Assembly (NCBI GenBank): GCA_963803705.1
Contig: CAWDNU010000001.1
Location: 646,785-710,784, forward strand
Origin: an uncultured Pseudobdellovibrionaceae bacterium
GTDB taxonomy: Bacteria > Bdellovibrionota > Bdellovibrionia > Bdellovibrionales > UBA1609
Direction of reading: 5' to 3'
Length of the DNA stretch: 64,000 bases
The position numbers and the translations under genes are program-made. The notes beneath the pieces were generated by a model. That model worked only from the letters and a program-made list of their open reading frames with translations, did no database searches and was not told the origin of the DNA. This document shows positions 20,854 to 30,495 of the stretch, one piece after another (the stretch's first letter is position 1; every line of letters starts with the position of its first letter).

Positions 20854-21837
20854 ATGTCATCAATTAATGTCCAGCAAGTAGCAAGTTCAAAAAAAAATAT
20901 AATAATGCCTCATCTTTCAGTGCGTGGCGTCCTAGGTGGAATCCTGATCTCGCTAGCAGTTATGATCACCTTATTAGTAGCTGGTGCTAGTGCAGGACTT
21001 GGGATTCTAGATTTCGAAGGGGGCGTCAGCCTAACTGCAGCATCTTGGGGTATAGGTCTTTGGCTTTTGGTCAGTTTCGTGGCTTCACTTTTTATTGGAA
21101 GCTATATCGCAGGTAGAGTTTCGGGGAATCTAAGTCCAGTAGCAGGGTCGATTAACGGTATGGCTGTTTGGGCCCTAATGACTCTAATTTGTTTTTCAGC
21201 AATATCAAGTGGGTTAGGTAAGGCTGCATCTACAGCAGCTAAAATTCCAGCAGCTGTTGGGGGAATGGTTCCTACCGGAATGCTGAAAGATATTGATGCA
21301 TTTGCAATGTTAGGTGATGTAGACGTTTCACTTAAAGATATTGAAAAGGAAGTCGATAATATCGAAGCACCAGAAATAAAAAAGATGGTAAAAAACGAAT
21401 ATGCTGAACTTAAGTCAGAATTTTTAAGATTGGCAAAAGCAACTTTGCTAAATCCGAATCGAGCAGACGAAAATCTTTCGAAAATGAGAAGTAGCGTAAA
21501 ATCATCAATTGCTGATTTTAAAGAAAAGCTTGATAGAGATAAAATTGAATCGCTTGTGGCTAAAAACAGCAGCCTTTCTAAAGAAGAGTCAGAAAAAATG
21601 ACTGAAAAATGGTATGCGAAAATTCAATCAGTTTCTTCTAAAATAGAGACCCAAATGGACGAGCTCCAAAGAACAGTTAGCCGCGTTCAGGTAAAAGCAG
21701 TAGAGACTGCTGATGAGGTAAAAAATACGGTAGCTACCACTATGTTGGTTTTTTTAATCATGCTTATCGCAGGGTTAATCACCACGATTTTTGGTGGTCA
21801 GATGGGCTCTAAAGACGCAGTAGTTGTAGAGGTTTAA
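20854..21837 (+). CDS. Gly/Ala-rich multi-pass membrane protein with helical soluble insert
   Basis: AAGGAG RBS; three N-terminal TMs, ~170-aa charged helical region, C-terminal TM. Confidence 0.7.
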   Translation: MSSINVQQVASSKKNIIMPHLSVRGVLGGILISLAVMITLLVAGASAGLGILDFEGGVSLTAASWGIGLWLLVSFVASLFIGSYIAGRVSGNLSPVAGSINGMAVWALMTLICFSAISSGLGKAASTAAKIPAAVGGMVPTGMLKDIDAFAMLGDVDVSLKDIEKEVDNIEAPEIKKMVKNEYAELKSEFLRLAKATLLNPNRADENLSKMRSSVKSSIADFKEKLDRDKIESLVAKNSSLSKEESEKMTEKWYAKIQSVSSKIETQMDELQRTVSRVQVKAVETADEVKNTVATTMLVFLIMLIAGLITTIFGGQMGSKDAVVVEV

Positions 21838-21874
21838 AAAACTTCTTAAATTGGAAATTTAGAACACCTAGTAG

Positions 21875-21906
21875 AAAGCCTGATTCTTGTGATCAGGCTT
21901 TTTTTT
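21875..21906 (+). terminator. Rho-independent terminator
   Basis: AAAGCCTGAT-N7-ATCAGGCTTT followed by a T run. Confidence 0.85.
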
Positions 21907-22047
21907 GTTAGCATACAAACCAGAGCTCTCATTTACAGTGGCGAGCTGAGCTTAAAAGTTCTAGTCAGTTATAGGTGTTTTTTGTTTTCTAATGTACGCG
22001 GTGCTCTATGCAGTTGCGTGAGGTGACGCGATCTTAGTCTTGAAAAA

Positions 22048-22123
22048 TGGATGGGATGCCAGGACTCGAACCTGGGAATGCAAGGATCAAAACCTTGTGC
22101 CTTACCAACTTGGCTACACCCCA
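22048..22123 (-). tRNA. tRNA-Gln (anticodon TTG)
   Basis: TGGGGTGTAGCCAAGTTGGTAAGGCA CAAGG-TTTTGAT-CCTTG ... GGTTCGAGTCC ... CATCCCATCCA; 76 nt, encoded CCA, U1-A72. Confidence 0.97.
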
Positions 22124-22241
22124 ATAAGATGTTTTTACTTCTTACTAATTTTTAGTGAATGTTGGACCGACAAGCAAGGCTAGGGATTTGTTGAGACACA
22201 TTTTCTGCACAGCGCAAAAGACAAACTTTAAATTTCGTAGA

Positions 22242-22536
22242 TTAAGAGCCTGTTTTTATATCATCCAATGACGATTCTAGTTCTTTAACTTCTTTTTCGA
22301 AAGCTTCAAAAACTGCATTTTCAATCATTTCACGTGTCTCTTGATTCAGTGGATGCGCGATATCTTTGAATTGGCCGTCTTTTCTGCGCTTAGATGGCAT
22401 GGCTACAAACAGCCCCTCGTGTCCTTTAATAATTTTTAGATCTCTAATTATAAATGCATCATCAATAGTTATAGTGGCGTAGGCTTTCAAGTCGCTCTTC
22501 GTTCACTGTAAAAATCTTAACTTCGGTGATTAACAT
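22242..22536 (-). CDS. spoVG: SpoVG-family nucleic-acid-binding regulator, one frameshift ~22491
   Basis: AAGGAG RBS, then MLITEVKIFTVNEER / LKAYATITIDDAFIIRDLKII...FVAMPS...FKDIAHP. Confidence 0.92.
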
Positions 22537-22568
22537 GATGCTCTCTCCTTAAACTACTCTTACCGAAC

Positions 22569-22595
22569 TTAACGGAAAAAAACAGAGTAAACTTA
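22569..22595 (-). promoter_or_regulatory. Sigma28/FliA-like promoter upstream of spoVG
   Basis: TAAG-N15-TCCGTTAA on the minus strand. Confidence 0.45.
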
Positions 22596-22720
22596 AGAAC
22601 TTAGTAGGGCTCTCAAACGAACTGATAACATGGAGTTAAAAACAATGTTCTAAAATGATACGTGCCTAATGCCAGTGAATATACGAAATAGTATTCCTGT
22701 TCTTAAAAATGGCTTCTGGA

Positions 22721-22745
22721 CTAGATCAATCTTCCACAGGCCCTA
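22721..22745 (-). repeat. Copy of dispersed intergenic repeat (MITE-end-like)
   Basis: Reverse complement TAGGGCCTGTGGAAGATTGATCTAG; matches 37721 and both ends of 62258-62437. Confidence 0.8.
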
Positions 22746-22791
22746 AAGTAAAAAACTATTAACAGCAAGTCCGTAGGGTTAACAGCTCAAG

Positions 22792-24237
22792 TTAAACCAT
22801 TAGCATTAAAAGAATAATTCTATCACCTCTTTTCACCCTAAAAATGTTTTGGCTTTGCAATAGTCTTTGAACATCTGCAGAGGAGTTTACAGCAACCTTG
22901 TTTACTTCAAGAATAAGGTCTCCTGGCTTTAAGCCAGAATTAAATGCTGGCGAATAAGGCTTCACGTTCTCAATCACAACCTTTTTGTCACTACCAAACC
23001 TTAAGTTTAAGCCCTTAGCATTTTGAACCGTTAACTTTAAACCTAGTTTTTCCAAATTGAAGGACTGAGTGCTATTACTTTTTGGTTTATTTTGAGCTTG
23101 AACTTCAGATTCAAGATTTTTAGAGCCAATGCGTGCGCTTAAGTTTATTTTTTTGCCACTTCGGTAGACCTCTATAATTTTTTCTTCACCAGTTTGCGTA
23201 GAAGCCACAGCTTTAAACAAATCAGAAGGGCCAGAAATTATTTTTGAACCAAATTTTGTGACCACATCGTAAGGTTTTAATCCGGCATCATAGGCTGCAG
23301 ATTTGGGTAAAACGTTCACGATTAAAGCTCCTTCAGTGACTGGAACCCCAATTGACTGAGCCGATTGCTCGTCTAATGCTTGCATTTCTACGCCCAAAAA
23401 ACCCCTTTGGACTTCACCTGTTTTCTCAAGTTCAGATAGAATTTTTTTCACATTATCAATGGGAATTGCGAACCCTATACCCTGGGCTCTGGCATCAATT
23501 GCTGTATTCATCGCAATCACTTCGCCTTTAACATTCACTAGTGGCCCACCAGAGTTTCCAGGATTTATGCTTGCATCTGTTTGAATAAAGGGAAATAAAT
23601 TTAGCTCGCCAGAATCTCGGCCTAAGGCTGAAACTATACCTTTGGTCATAGTGTTGCTATGTCCGTACGGATTGCCAAAGGCTGCGACCCATTCACCGAC
23701 TTGCAAAGTTTTACTAGTTCCAAGTTTGGCGGCCGGTAAATTCTTTTTAGAGCTAATTTTAATTAAGGCTACATCTGTCTGGGGGTCAGCACCGATAACT
23801 TTTGCCTTGTATTCTTTGGAATCGCCGACAAATAAGACTTTTATTATATCAGCGTCTTTAACAACGTGTGCATTCGTTAAAATTAAACCATCATTTCTGA
23901 TCACGAATCCAGTTCCTAGCGATTGCGCTGGCCGAGCCTTAGGAAATGCTTGCTGCCCACGTCCACTTGGAATATTAAGACCAAAAAATTGCTCTAAAAA
24001 TTGGTAGCCATCCGGTAAGCCCTCTGAATAATTCATTTTAGGCTGAGTTTCTGTGTAGATACTTACGACCGAAGGTGAAACACTTTTAGCAAGTTGGATG
24101 AAAAGATCTGACGGTAAAGGTTGACCTGCTTCCACAGCCGGAATTTCAACCTTGGAATGGCCACTTTCCCGTGCGTTACATGCGTTAAAAAGTAGTAAAG
24201 AAAATATTAGGAATATAATATTTTGAACTAAAGTCAT
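22792..24237 (-). CDS. degP: HtrA/DegP-family serine protease with two PDZ domains
   Basis: Lipoprotein-like signal FNAC; LGTGF, TNAHVV, DVALIK, IQTDASINPGNSGGPL; two PDZ domains. Confidence 0.92.
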   Translation of the reverse strand: MTLVQNIIFLIFSLLLFNACNARESGHSKVEIPAVEAGQPLPSDLFIQLAKSVSPSVVSIYTETQPKMNYSEGLPDGYQFLEQFFGLNIPSGRGQQAFPKARPAQSLGTGFVIRNDGLILTNAHVVKDADIIKVLFVGDSKEYKAKVIGADPQTDVALIKISSKKNLPAAKLGTSKTLQVGEWVAAFGNPYGHSNTMTKGIVSALGRDSGELNLFPFIQTDASINPGNSGGPLVNVKGEVIAMNTAIDARAQGIGFAIPIDNVKKILSELEKTGEVQRGFLGVEMQALDEQSAQSIGVPVTEGALIVNVLPKSAAYDAGLKPYDVVTKFGSKIISGPSDLFKAVASTQTGEEKIIEVYRSGKKINLSARIGSKNLESEVQAQNKPKSNSTQSFNLEKLGLKLTVQNAKGLNLRFGSDKKVVIENVKPYSPAFNSGLKPGDLILEVNKVAVNSSADVQRLLQSQNIFRVKRGDRIILLMLMV

Positions 24238-24318
24238 CACCCGGCTCCATTTACCCCTAACGTCGACCTTCAGCTTTGCTGGCTTTCTACTAAAGCTTCG
24301 CGGTTGAGTTTTCAAGGG

Positions 24319-24564
24319 CTATTTTTTGTTTAAAGTCACAAATTGCATTTGCAAGTCACCTAAAATTTTTTTTAAAAAATCACTTTCATCTGAGCTCAAA
24401 TTTCCTGTTGTTTTCACCTCTAGAATCTTTAGCATGTCGATATTGAACTCGGCCATTTTCAAGTCTTTTTCGGTTTCTCCGTTTGAGGGGTTTGGCGAGA
24501 GACCTAAACCAATAAGGGCCGACGAGCCAAGAGACATTACTAGCGTAGAAAAAGTGGCTTCCAA
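24319..24564 (-). CDS. DUF1844-family protein
   Basis: FSTLVMSLGSSALIGLG..P...DLKMAEFNIDML.IL..KT.GNL; GGAGG RBS. Confidence 0.8.
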   Translation of the reverse strand: MEATFSTLVMSLGSSALIGLGLSPNPSNGETEKDLKMAEFNIDMLKILEVKTTGNLSSDESDFLKKILGDLQMQFVTLNKK

Positions 24565-24646
24565 TAGTTACCTCCGTAAAATTGTCTTCTATAAGCTAAG
24601 CCGCTTGGAACTGTTCAGCAACAAGCTAGCTCATAAAAAAAGCTAT

Positions 24647-25529
24647 TTATTTATAAAATGTGTACTTTAAATGGTCAAACTTTGTAGCATTAGATTCTTG
24701 TTTTTTTGAAAATCGTTCAGTCTTGATTCTATTATAGGCTGCATTTCGAAATGTCTATGCCAATAAACATACCTAGGGAAATTACAAAAATTAAAAGGAC
24801 ATAAAAGTGGGTCAATAGATCTTTTTTCAAGAGGGGAATAGATTAGTGTTTTACTGAGTGCTATTGATAGGTGAGGGTTGTTCTGATAAGTGTTTCATCA
24901 AACTGTTTGAAAAACTTTTGATCCATATAAAAATAATTTATAAGCCTTAGAAACAGCATGCTAAATCTAGAGAAAATAATGTAATGCTGGCTTTCAATTT
25001 TTTTATTTCGCTTCAACCCAATTATAAAAGCAATTAAAAGGTCCAATTTGGAACCAAAAAATAAAATCAATGAGTTCAAATGAGTAACAAACTCTATATT
25101 TTTGCAAAACTCGGATTCTATTTTGTATATGGCAATTTCCAAGAGGGCTTCTTTTTCATTTAAACTTAGCTTGTCAAAAAAAGGCTGGCTGTAAACAATC
25201 GCACTTGAACTTTTATCACCCAAGCCGATAACTAAGGGTGATGGGATCTGAACTCTATATAAAGCGGGTTTATTAATTTCATATTTTATCGTTAGCCGAT
25301 CTAACATAGGTGCTAGATGAATATCTTCGAAGGGTCTAGAATTAGGCCCTAAATCTAGCTTGCCAATTAGCCAATTGGTGGACTGATAGTGTAGGAGTAA
25401 AAAAAATCCAATTAATACTACAAGGGCGCCGATGGTAAAAATCCAATTGGTGAAGCTGAGTCCAAATAATAATATGCCACTGCTGAACAGCTTTAATAAG
25501 AAATCACGTTTTTTTCCAAGGCCAAACAT
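24647..25529 (-). CDS. Degenerate HtpX/M48-like membrane protein, frameshift ~24890
   Basis: Two N-terminal TMs, P.LY...PSP, 'IVYSQPFFDKLSLNEKEALL' (HtpX-like) but no HExxH; alternative frame continues NNPHLSIALSK...MQPIIESRL...* to 24647. Confidence 0.55.
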
Positions 25530-25659
25530 TTATTTATCCTAATTTGAATGTAGTCATTGAACTTCTCTTCTTAAAATATAAAATGATAAAATGTAAGAGT
25601 ACAGTTTTTTTAGCCCTTAAAATGAAATTGTAAAGATTAGGGCATATCGGAGATATATT

Positions 25660-26643
25660 ATGGAAATGTCAGTTCTTAATGCTGCTATTCAAAAGCAATC
25701 AGAGGTTTTTGGTCAAGTTAGACACGAATTTCAAAAGATCATTGTTGGACAAAGTGCCTTAATCGAATCTGTTCTTATTGGCTTACTTAGCGGTGGACAT
25801 ATTTTAATTGAAGGTTTGCCTGGATTAGCCAAAAGTCTAACTATCTCGACCTTGGCAGATATAGTTGATCTGAATTTTAATAGAATTCAATTCACACCAG
25901 ACTTGCTGCCTTCAGATCTGATCGGGACTATGATTTTCAACCCAAAATCTGGTGAGTTCACACCCAAAAAAGGTCCGATATTTTCGCACATAATTTTAGC
26001 TGATGAGATCAATAGAGCTCCTGCCAAAGTTCAGAGCGCACTTTTAGAAAGTATGGCTGAACGACAAGTTTCTATAGGTGACACTACTTACAAACTTGAA
26101 GAACCTTTTTTGGTAATGGCGACCCAGAATCCGATCGAGCAAGAAGGAACTTATCCTTTGCCTGAAGCTCAGATGGACAGATTTTTGTTTAAAATTGTTG
26201 TTGGTTATCCTAATAAAGAAGAAGAGTTGACCATTTTAAATAGAATGTCATCTGGAACACTGCTGACAGTTAACAAGGTTTTAAACAGAGAAGTTCTTCT
26301 AGACAGTAGAAATTACGTTAATAAAGTCTACTTAGATGATAAGCTTTCCAGGTATATCGTAGAAATTATTATGGCCACCCGAGCACCAGGGGATTACGGT
26401 TTAGACAATTTGCAGAATATGATCTCGGTGGGCTCATCACCTAGAGCTACAATCGGTTTAGCTAGAGCAAGTAAGGCAAAAGCTTTTTTAGATGGGCGAG
26501 CGTTCGTTACGGCCGAGGACATAAAAGCTGTTGCAATACCAGTTTTAAGGCACCGATTGATTCTAAGTTTTGAGGCAGAAGCTGAAAGTGTTTCTCCTGA
26601 CGAAATCATCACTGAGCTTATGTCTAAGGTCGAGGTCTCGTGA
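25660..26643 (+). CDS. moxR: MoxR-family AAA+ ATPase
   Basis: EGLPGLAKS, RIQFTPDLLPSD, DEINRAPAKVQSALLE, TQNPIEQEGTYPLPEAQMDRF. Confidence 0.95.
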   Translation: MEMSVLNAAIQKQSEVFGQVRHEFQKIIVGQSALIESVLIGLLSGGHILIEGLPGLAKSLTISTLADIVDLNFNRIQFTPDLLPSDLIGTMIFNPKSGEFTPKKGPIFSHIILADEINRAPAKVQSALLESMAERQVSIGDTTYKLEEPFLVMATQNPIEQEGTYPLPEAQMDRFLFKIVVGYPNKEEELTILNRMSSGTLLTVNKVLNREVLLDSRNYVNKVYLDDKLSRYIVEIIMATRAPGDYGLDNLQNMISVGSSPRATIGLARASKAKAFLDGRAFVTAEDIKAVAIPVLRHRLILSFEAEAESVSPDEIITELMSKVEVS

Positions 26644-27521
26644 GCAAAGAGGATTTAGTTTTAAAAAAAATTAAATCTATTGAGCTCAAGACCAAGAAAC
26701 TGGTCTCTCAGTTAAATTTAGGCGATTATAAATCAGTCATGAAGGGACAGGGAATGACCTTTTCTGATTTTAGAGAGTATGTGCCGGGCGATGATGTTAG
26801 AAACATCAGTTGGACTTTAATCGCAAAGACTAACAAGCCCTACATAAAGCAGTTTGAAGAAGAAAGAGAACTAAATATTTATTTTCTGATTGATACTTCT
26901 TATTCCATGTATGTAGGTGCCGGTTCAATGCTAAAAATTGAAACTGCCATGTATGTGATGGCGTCTCTTGCGTTGTCTGCTCATAAAAATAATGATTTAT
27001 CGGGCTTAATGCTTTTCTCTAAAAATCTGGACCTGTTCGTAAAGCCCAAGAAGGGTCAAAGCCATGTGCGGCGTTTAATAACAGAGCTTATTAAGCACGA
27101 GCCTAATTCGAAAGACAAAGGTGGTCTAAATGAAGCATTTAATATGCTTCTGAAACATCAAAAGAAAAAATCAGTTGTTTTTATTTTTAGTGATTTTTTG
27201 AGTATGGTTGAAAATAAAAAGCTGTTGCAGTCTTTGTCAAAGAAGCATCAACTTGTTGCTTGCAACATTGAAGATCCAGCTGGACAAGTTGATTCGATGT
27301 CAAAAATTGGAAATTTCAGTCTGTCTAGTGCTTTTGAAGAGTTAACCGTTAAAGCATCAAGTGCTACAGTGCAAAATTCTTGGAAAGTTTTTTTTAAAAA
27401 TTTAGTTCAAAAAAAAGATGCAACTTTGAAAGCTTCGGGGGTAGACATCATTAATTTTTCTACAGAAGAAGATTTTTATAATCCTTTAGCTATGTATTTC
27501 AAATCAAAATCGAGGTCATAG
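26640..27521 (+). CDS. DUF58-family (VWA-like) protein
   Basis: GMTFSDFREYVPGDDVRNISW, FEEERE, DTSYSM, FSDF. Confidence 0.9.
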   Translation: MSKEDLVLKKIKSIELKTKKLVSQLNLGDYKSVMKGQGMTFSDFREYVPGDDVRNISWTLIAKTNKPYIKQFEEERELNIYFLIDTSYSMYVGAGSMLKIETAMYVMASLALSAHKNNDLSGLMLFSKNLDLFVKPKKGQSHVRRLITELIKHEPNSKDKGGLNEAFNMLLKHQKKKSVVFIFSDFLSMVENKKLLQSLSKKHQLVACNIEDPAGQVDSMSKIGNFSLSSAFEELTVKASSATVQNSWKVFFKNLVQKKDATLKASGVDIINFSTEEDFYNPLAMYFKSKSRS

Positions 27522-28405
27522 TGGAGCCTCTTAATGATTGGTCTTGTGATTTCAAAATTGACAGCGCCGCTACTTTAACAGTAGGCCAAAAATTTGGAAT
27601 TTTGTGTCAAGGAGCAACTGATCTGAATCCAAATCTAAGTCCTGCTATTATTAATTCAAAAGATTCACCAAACTATGATCTGGTTTTATTAAGACATAAA
27701 TTTAAATCTAAAAATGAACTCTTTCTTTCTGTGGCGTCTTGGAGGACAGGAACTCATAAATTAAAAAGTTTAAAACTAAGTGTTTCAGAAAATTCAATTT
27801 TGTTAGATGGCCCTACCATAAAAGTTGATTCGGTATTAGAAAGTAATTCAAAAATGAACTTACCCCCTGGCGCTATTGTCAAAAGTCCACCCGCCTATGT
27901 TTGGTATCTACTTGTGATTATATTATTTTTAGGACTTTGCTATTTTTTTAAAATTTACCGCAGGTCCAGAAAAATTGATAAAGGCTTATTAAAATTAAAC
28001 AGTTTTAGGACATCTTTAAGCATTTTCTATGAATTTCAGAAACAGATTAGATTTACAAAAAAGAGTTGCGAAAGAAAAATGATTAAAAAAGAATTGGCCC
28101 AGCTGTGCAAGAGCTTTTACAAAAGCACTGTCGTATTTATGAGTTTAAGCATAAATACGCCGTTATTTATTCTAAATGAAAAGGAAAGCCAAAAGATTTT
28201 AAGAAAAAAACTAAGAAAAGCTGCACTTGTTAACGAGTACTTCTACATCGTGGACGAACTAAAAAAAACAACACTAGAGATAGAGAAAGAAGAAAAAGTT
28301 GAAGGAATTAAAAATCTGAAGGCGGACCTAGAGAATCTTGTAGACGAGGCCAATAGTTTTTCACAAAAAATAAATAAGTACACTGAAGGAGCTGTAAAGA
28401 GATGA
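27521..28405 (+). CDS. Bat-operon membrane-anchored hypothetical protein
   Basis: Beta-rich N-terminus, single TM, helical C-terminus; sits between DUF58 and batA. Confidence 0.6.
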   Translation: MEPLNDWSCDFKIDSAATLTVGQKFGILCQGATDLNPNLSPAIINSKDSPNYDLVLLRHKFKSKNELFLSVASWRTGTHKLKSLKLSVSENSILLDGPTIKVDSVLESNSKMNLPPGAIVKSPPAYVWYLLVIILFLGLCYFFKIYRRSRKIDKGLLKLNSFRTSLSIFYEFQKQIRFTKKSCERKMIKKELAQLCKSFYKSTVVFMSLSINTPLFILNEKESQKILRKKLRKAALVNEYFYIVDELKKTTLEIEKEEKVEGIKNLKADLENLVDEANSFSQKINKYTEGAVKR

Positions 28406-29433
28406 ATTTAATTGCTTCTTTTAATAACCCAGAGCTTTTCTATCTTAGTTTAGCTATCGTTTTAGGATTTTCGATATATATTAAATTTAAATCAAGATCA
28501 TTAAAACCTAAAGGTCTTATCGATTCTTATGGCATATTTGAATTCTTTAAAAGCAAAAAAATTGGACTAATTACTTACTGTTTTCAGATATTAAAAAAAT
28601 CAATCTTTTACGCTGGCTTGATTTTTTTAGCTATAGCTTTGGGTCGACCACAAAGTAAAAATGAAATTACAAAACAAAACAGCGAGGGCATACATATCGT
28701 GATGGTCCTAGATGTTTCAGATAGCATGCTGATAGAAGACATGAAGCCAGAAAACAGACTGGAATCTGCAAAATTAAGAATCAAGGATTTTATTGATAAA
28801 AGGTACAATGACTACATTGGTTTAGTTGTTTTTTCGGGCCAGTCGTACACTCGTATCCCATTAACTTTAGATTACAAATTGCTACTTGAAAGCCTAGCGC
28901 AAGTCGAGACCAGCGAGCGTTTGCGCAAAGGAACAGCCATTGGAATGGCACTCGCTAATGCTATAACTAGGTTAGAGAAAGTAAAAGGCAGTTCTAAAGT
29001 TGTAATCCTACTTACTGACGGAGAAAATAATGTGGGAGCTATCGACCCCAATACAGCTTTGGGAATCGCAAAACAAAAAGGTGTGCGAATTTACACTGTC
29101 GGCATAGGTAAAGACGGTTTAGCCCAGTTACCAATGTTTAGAAAATATCCTAACGGAATGGTGCAAAAATTTTACCGACCAATGCACAGTAAAGTTAACG
29201 AACCCTTGTTAAAAAAAATGGCTCAGGAAACCGGAGGTAAATATTTTAGGGCATCGCGTTCAAAAAGGTTAAGTAAAGTTTTTTCAGAAATTGATCGCCT
29301 AGAAAAAGTTGAAGTTGAGATAAAAAAAATAACTCAAGTCCAAGAACGTTATCAGTATTGGGCATTGTACGGTTTTATGCTTATTCTTATTTCAAAATTA
29401 ATAGGATTCTTATTTACTTGGAGGGATTTGTAG
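28402..29433 (+). CDS. batA: BatA-like VWA membrane protein
   Basis: ALGRPQ, LDVSDSM, PLTLDY, GTAIGMALA, LLTDGENN, YTVGIG. Confidence 0.88.
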   Translation: MNLIASFNNPELFYLSLAIVLGFSIYIKFKSRSLKPKGLIDSYGIFEFFKSKKIGLITYCFQILKKSIFYAGLIFLAIALGRPQSKNEITKQNSEGIHIVMVLDVSDSMLIEDMKPENRLESAKLRIKDFIDKRYNDYIGLVVFSGQSYTRIPLTLDYKLLLESLAQVETSERLRKGTAIGMALANAITRLEKVKGSSKVVILLTDGENNVGAIDPNTALGIAKQKGVRIYTVGIGKDGLAQLPMFRKYPNGMVQKFYRPMHSKVNEPLLKKMAQETGGKYFRASRSKRLSKVFSEIDRLEKVEVEIKKITQVQERYQYWALYGFMLILISKLIGFLFTWRDL

Positions 29434-30495
29434 ATGTTTCGCTTCATGGACTTAAGCAACTACTTGTTACTACTTGTAGGGATTCTGGTTTTTATAGGAA
29501 TTTATATTTTTAAATTCAAAAGTTCAAAAGTGCGGGTAAAACGTTTTTACTCTGAAAGATTGATCAGGTTCTACTTTGATAAATTAGATATAAAGTCTTA
29601 CGGCTTCTATCACTATTGCCTGGTATTTTCAGGTCTGGTTCTTGTAGTCATTTCTTTGTTTAGACCTCAATATGGCTCCCAAAAACTGCAGATGAACGCT
29701 GAAGGGGTAGAGTTGGTTTTTGTCGTTGATGTCTCACAGTCAATGGCAGCAGAGGATGTGAAACCCCAACGACTAAAACTTGCACAAATTCAGCTAAAAA
29801 ATCTGACAAAAATTTTAGATGGGAACCGAATGGGTATTGTTGCTTTTGCAGGGCAGGTTGGAGTTATCAGCCCTTTAACTCAAGATATCGGTGCGATAAA
29901 TTTATTTATAGATTCATTGGATTTTGAAATATTTTCTGAGCAAGGCACTAATATTAGCTTTGCTTTGGCAGAGGCTAAAGATTTACTAGAACGAAGCCAA
30001 TCTGGATCCCAAAACTCTAGAACCAAAGTCGTGGTATTAGTTTCTGATGGCGAAGATCACTCTGGCGAAGCATTGGCATCGGTTAACGATCTTAGAAAAA
30101 ATGGCATTAGAACTTTTGTGATTGGAGTTGGAACTCTAGCCGGAGGTAAAATACCTGTAAAAGATAACTTTGGACAAACCGTTAGATACCTAAAAGGCAC
30201 CTCCAATAACGATGTGATTTCAAAACCAAATTTCAAATTTTTAAAAGAACTTTCGAAGTCAGGAGATGGTGGCTTCTACAAACTAGACTTTGGCAGCGTC
30301 GCGAATAATGCAATCGTTAAAGACTTTGAAGGACTGCAGAAATCTAAATTCGAAAGTGAAAGCTTTGAAGTGAAGGGCGAATACTTTCAGTACGCTCTTC
30401 TGCCAGGTATTTTTCTTCTAATTTTTAGTTTATGGTTCAAAGAAAACTCATTGTCGCAGAAGGTTCGTCCTCTAGTTGATTTAGGGGATGATTAG
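29434..30495 (+). CDS. batB: BatB-like VWA membrane protein
   Basis: RPQYG, VDVSQSMAAEDVKPQRL, PLTQD, QGTNI, SDGEDH. Confidence 0.85.
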   Translation: MFRFMDLSNYLLLLVGILVFIGIYIFKFKSSKVRVKRFYSERLIRFYFDKLDIKSYGFYHYCLVFSGLVLVVISLFRPQYGSQKLQMNAEGVELVFVVDVSQSMAAEDVKPQRLKLAQIQLKNLTKILDGNRMGIVAFAGQVGVISPLTQDIGAINLFIDSLDFEIFSEQGTNISFALAEAKDLLERSQSGSQNSRTKVVVLVSDGEDHSGEALASVNDLRKNGIRTFVIGVGTLAGGKIPVKDNFGQTVRYLKGTSNNDVISKPNFKFLKELSKSGDGGFYKLDFGSVANNAIVKDFEGLQKSKFESESFEVKGEYFQYALLPGIFLLIFSLWFKENSLSQKVRPLVDLGDD

